Below are positions 62,912 to 64,000 of a stretch of DNA of 64,000 bases, one piece after another; the stretch's first letter is position 1, and each line of letters begins with the position of its first letter. The stretch comes from Scyliorhinus canicula (taxonomy: Eukaryota): the NCBI RefSeq assembly GCF_902713615.1, contig NC_052162.1:61309913-61373912 (forward strand), in the 5' to 3' direction. The notes under the pieces are model-generated. The model ran no database searches. It saw nothing but the letters and a program-made list of their open reading frames with translations, and was not told the DNA's origin. Made by a program: the position numbers and the translations under genes.

Positions 62912-64000
62912 TTTTTTTTTTGGAATAATTTTTATTCAAGTTTTCAACAACAAATTTTATCACAACAGAGAAAAACAGTAACCCATCCCCTCCAATACAA
63001 AAACAATAAATTAACAAGAAAAAGAAATATGCATAAAACCGTGAGAACAAACCCCCATAACAAACCCGTAGCTCCTCCCCCCCCCCGATTCCTGTCCATT
63101 TTCCCCTGATTCTTGGCCACCCGACTATTCTTCGTCTTGTTCGTTGGCCACAAACAGGTCCCGGAACAATTGCATGAATGGCTCCCACGTTCTGTGGAAG
63201 CCGTCGTCTGACCCTCGGATGGCGAATTTGATTTTCTCCATTTGGAGAGATTCCGAGAGGTCGGACAGCCAGTCTGCAGCTCTGGGTGGTGCTGCTGACC
63301 GCCAGCCAAACAGGATTCTACGGCGGGCGATCAGGGAGGCAAAGGCAAGGGCGTCCGCCCTCCTCCCCAGGAATAGATCTGGCTGGTCTGAAACCCCGAA
63401 GACCGCCACTATCGGGCATGGTTCCACCCTCGCCCCCACCACTTTGGACATAGCCTCGAAGAAGGCTGTCCAGTACGCCACAAGTCTGGGGCAAGACCAG
63501 AACATGTGGGCGTGGTTGGCCGGGCCTCTTTGGCCCCGTTCACATCGTCCTCCACCTCCGGGAAGAACCTACTCATACGGTTTCTTGTTAAGTGGGCTCT
63601 ATGTACCACTTTTAGCTGCGTCAGGCTGAGCCTTGCGCACGTGGAGGTGGAATTGACCCTATGCAGTGCTTCGCTCCAGAGTCCCCACCCTATCTCAATC
63701 CCCAGGTCATCCTCCCATTTCTTTCTTGTTGCGTCAAGTATGGTGTCGGCCCTTTCTACCAGTTGATCATACATGTCGCTACAGTTCCCTTTATCTAGGA
63801 TACTTGCGTCCAGTAGGTCTTCCAGTAGTGTCTGTCGTGGCGGTTGTGGGTACGTCCTTGTCTCCTTTCGTAAGAAGTTTTTGAGCTGCAGATACCGTAG
63901 CTCGTTCCCCCCGGCTAGCTGAAATTTCTCTGTCAGTTCGTCCGGTGTTGCGATCCTGCCGTCCAAGTATAGGTCCCTGACTGTCAGTGCCCCTCCGTCC
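62912..64000 (-). mobile_element. Young L1-clade LINE 3' end (continues beyond window)
   Basis: QLKVVHRAHLT, HMFWSCPRL C-terminal motif; AATAAA and poly(A) at 62921-62912. Confidence 0.9.

Noticed and set aside
54085-64000. POLR1D exon 3 (expected PEVEFCGY...HPSE)
   Set aside because: No matching sequence found behind any acceptor; it probably lies beyond the window.

Overview
Vertebrate genomic DNA, almost certainly an elasmobranch (shark), judged by HE1/V-type SINEs, DeuSINE-like elements and the CR1/Rex1/L1 repeat mix. Three spliced genes are present. (1) The last five coding exons and 3' UTR of a SLAIN-family gene (+), with a GC-AG last intron. (2) A complete VAMP7 gene (-): 7 coding exons, 220 aa, plus a non-coding exon 1. 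(3) The first two exons of an intron-containing POLR1D/RPAC2 gene (+), head-to-head with VAMP7 on a ~450 bp bidirectional promoter. Most of the rest is nested transposable elements. Main finds: (a) a full-length CR1 LINE whose ORF1/ORF2 junction carries a U_UUA_AAC heptamer followed by a stop, and whose ORF2 has no AUG before the endonuclease motifs, suggesting -1 programmed ribosomal frameshifting; (b) a Gypsy element whose PBS position is complementary to its own LTR instead of a tRNA (candidate self-priming); (c) an 88-bp Penelope-type insertion with a minimal hammerhead ribozyme; (d) one V-core SINE body paired with three different tail/TSD types. Repeat family names come from motif recognition, not database searches, and boundaries of old repeats are approximate.
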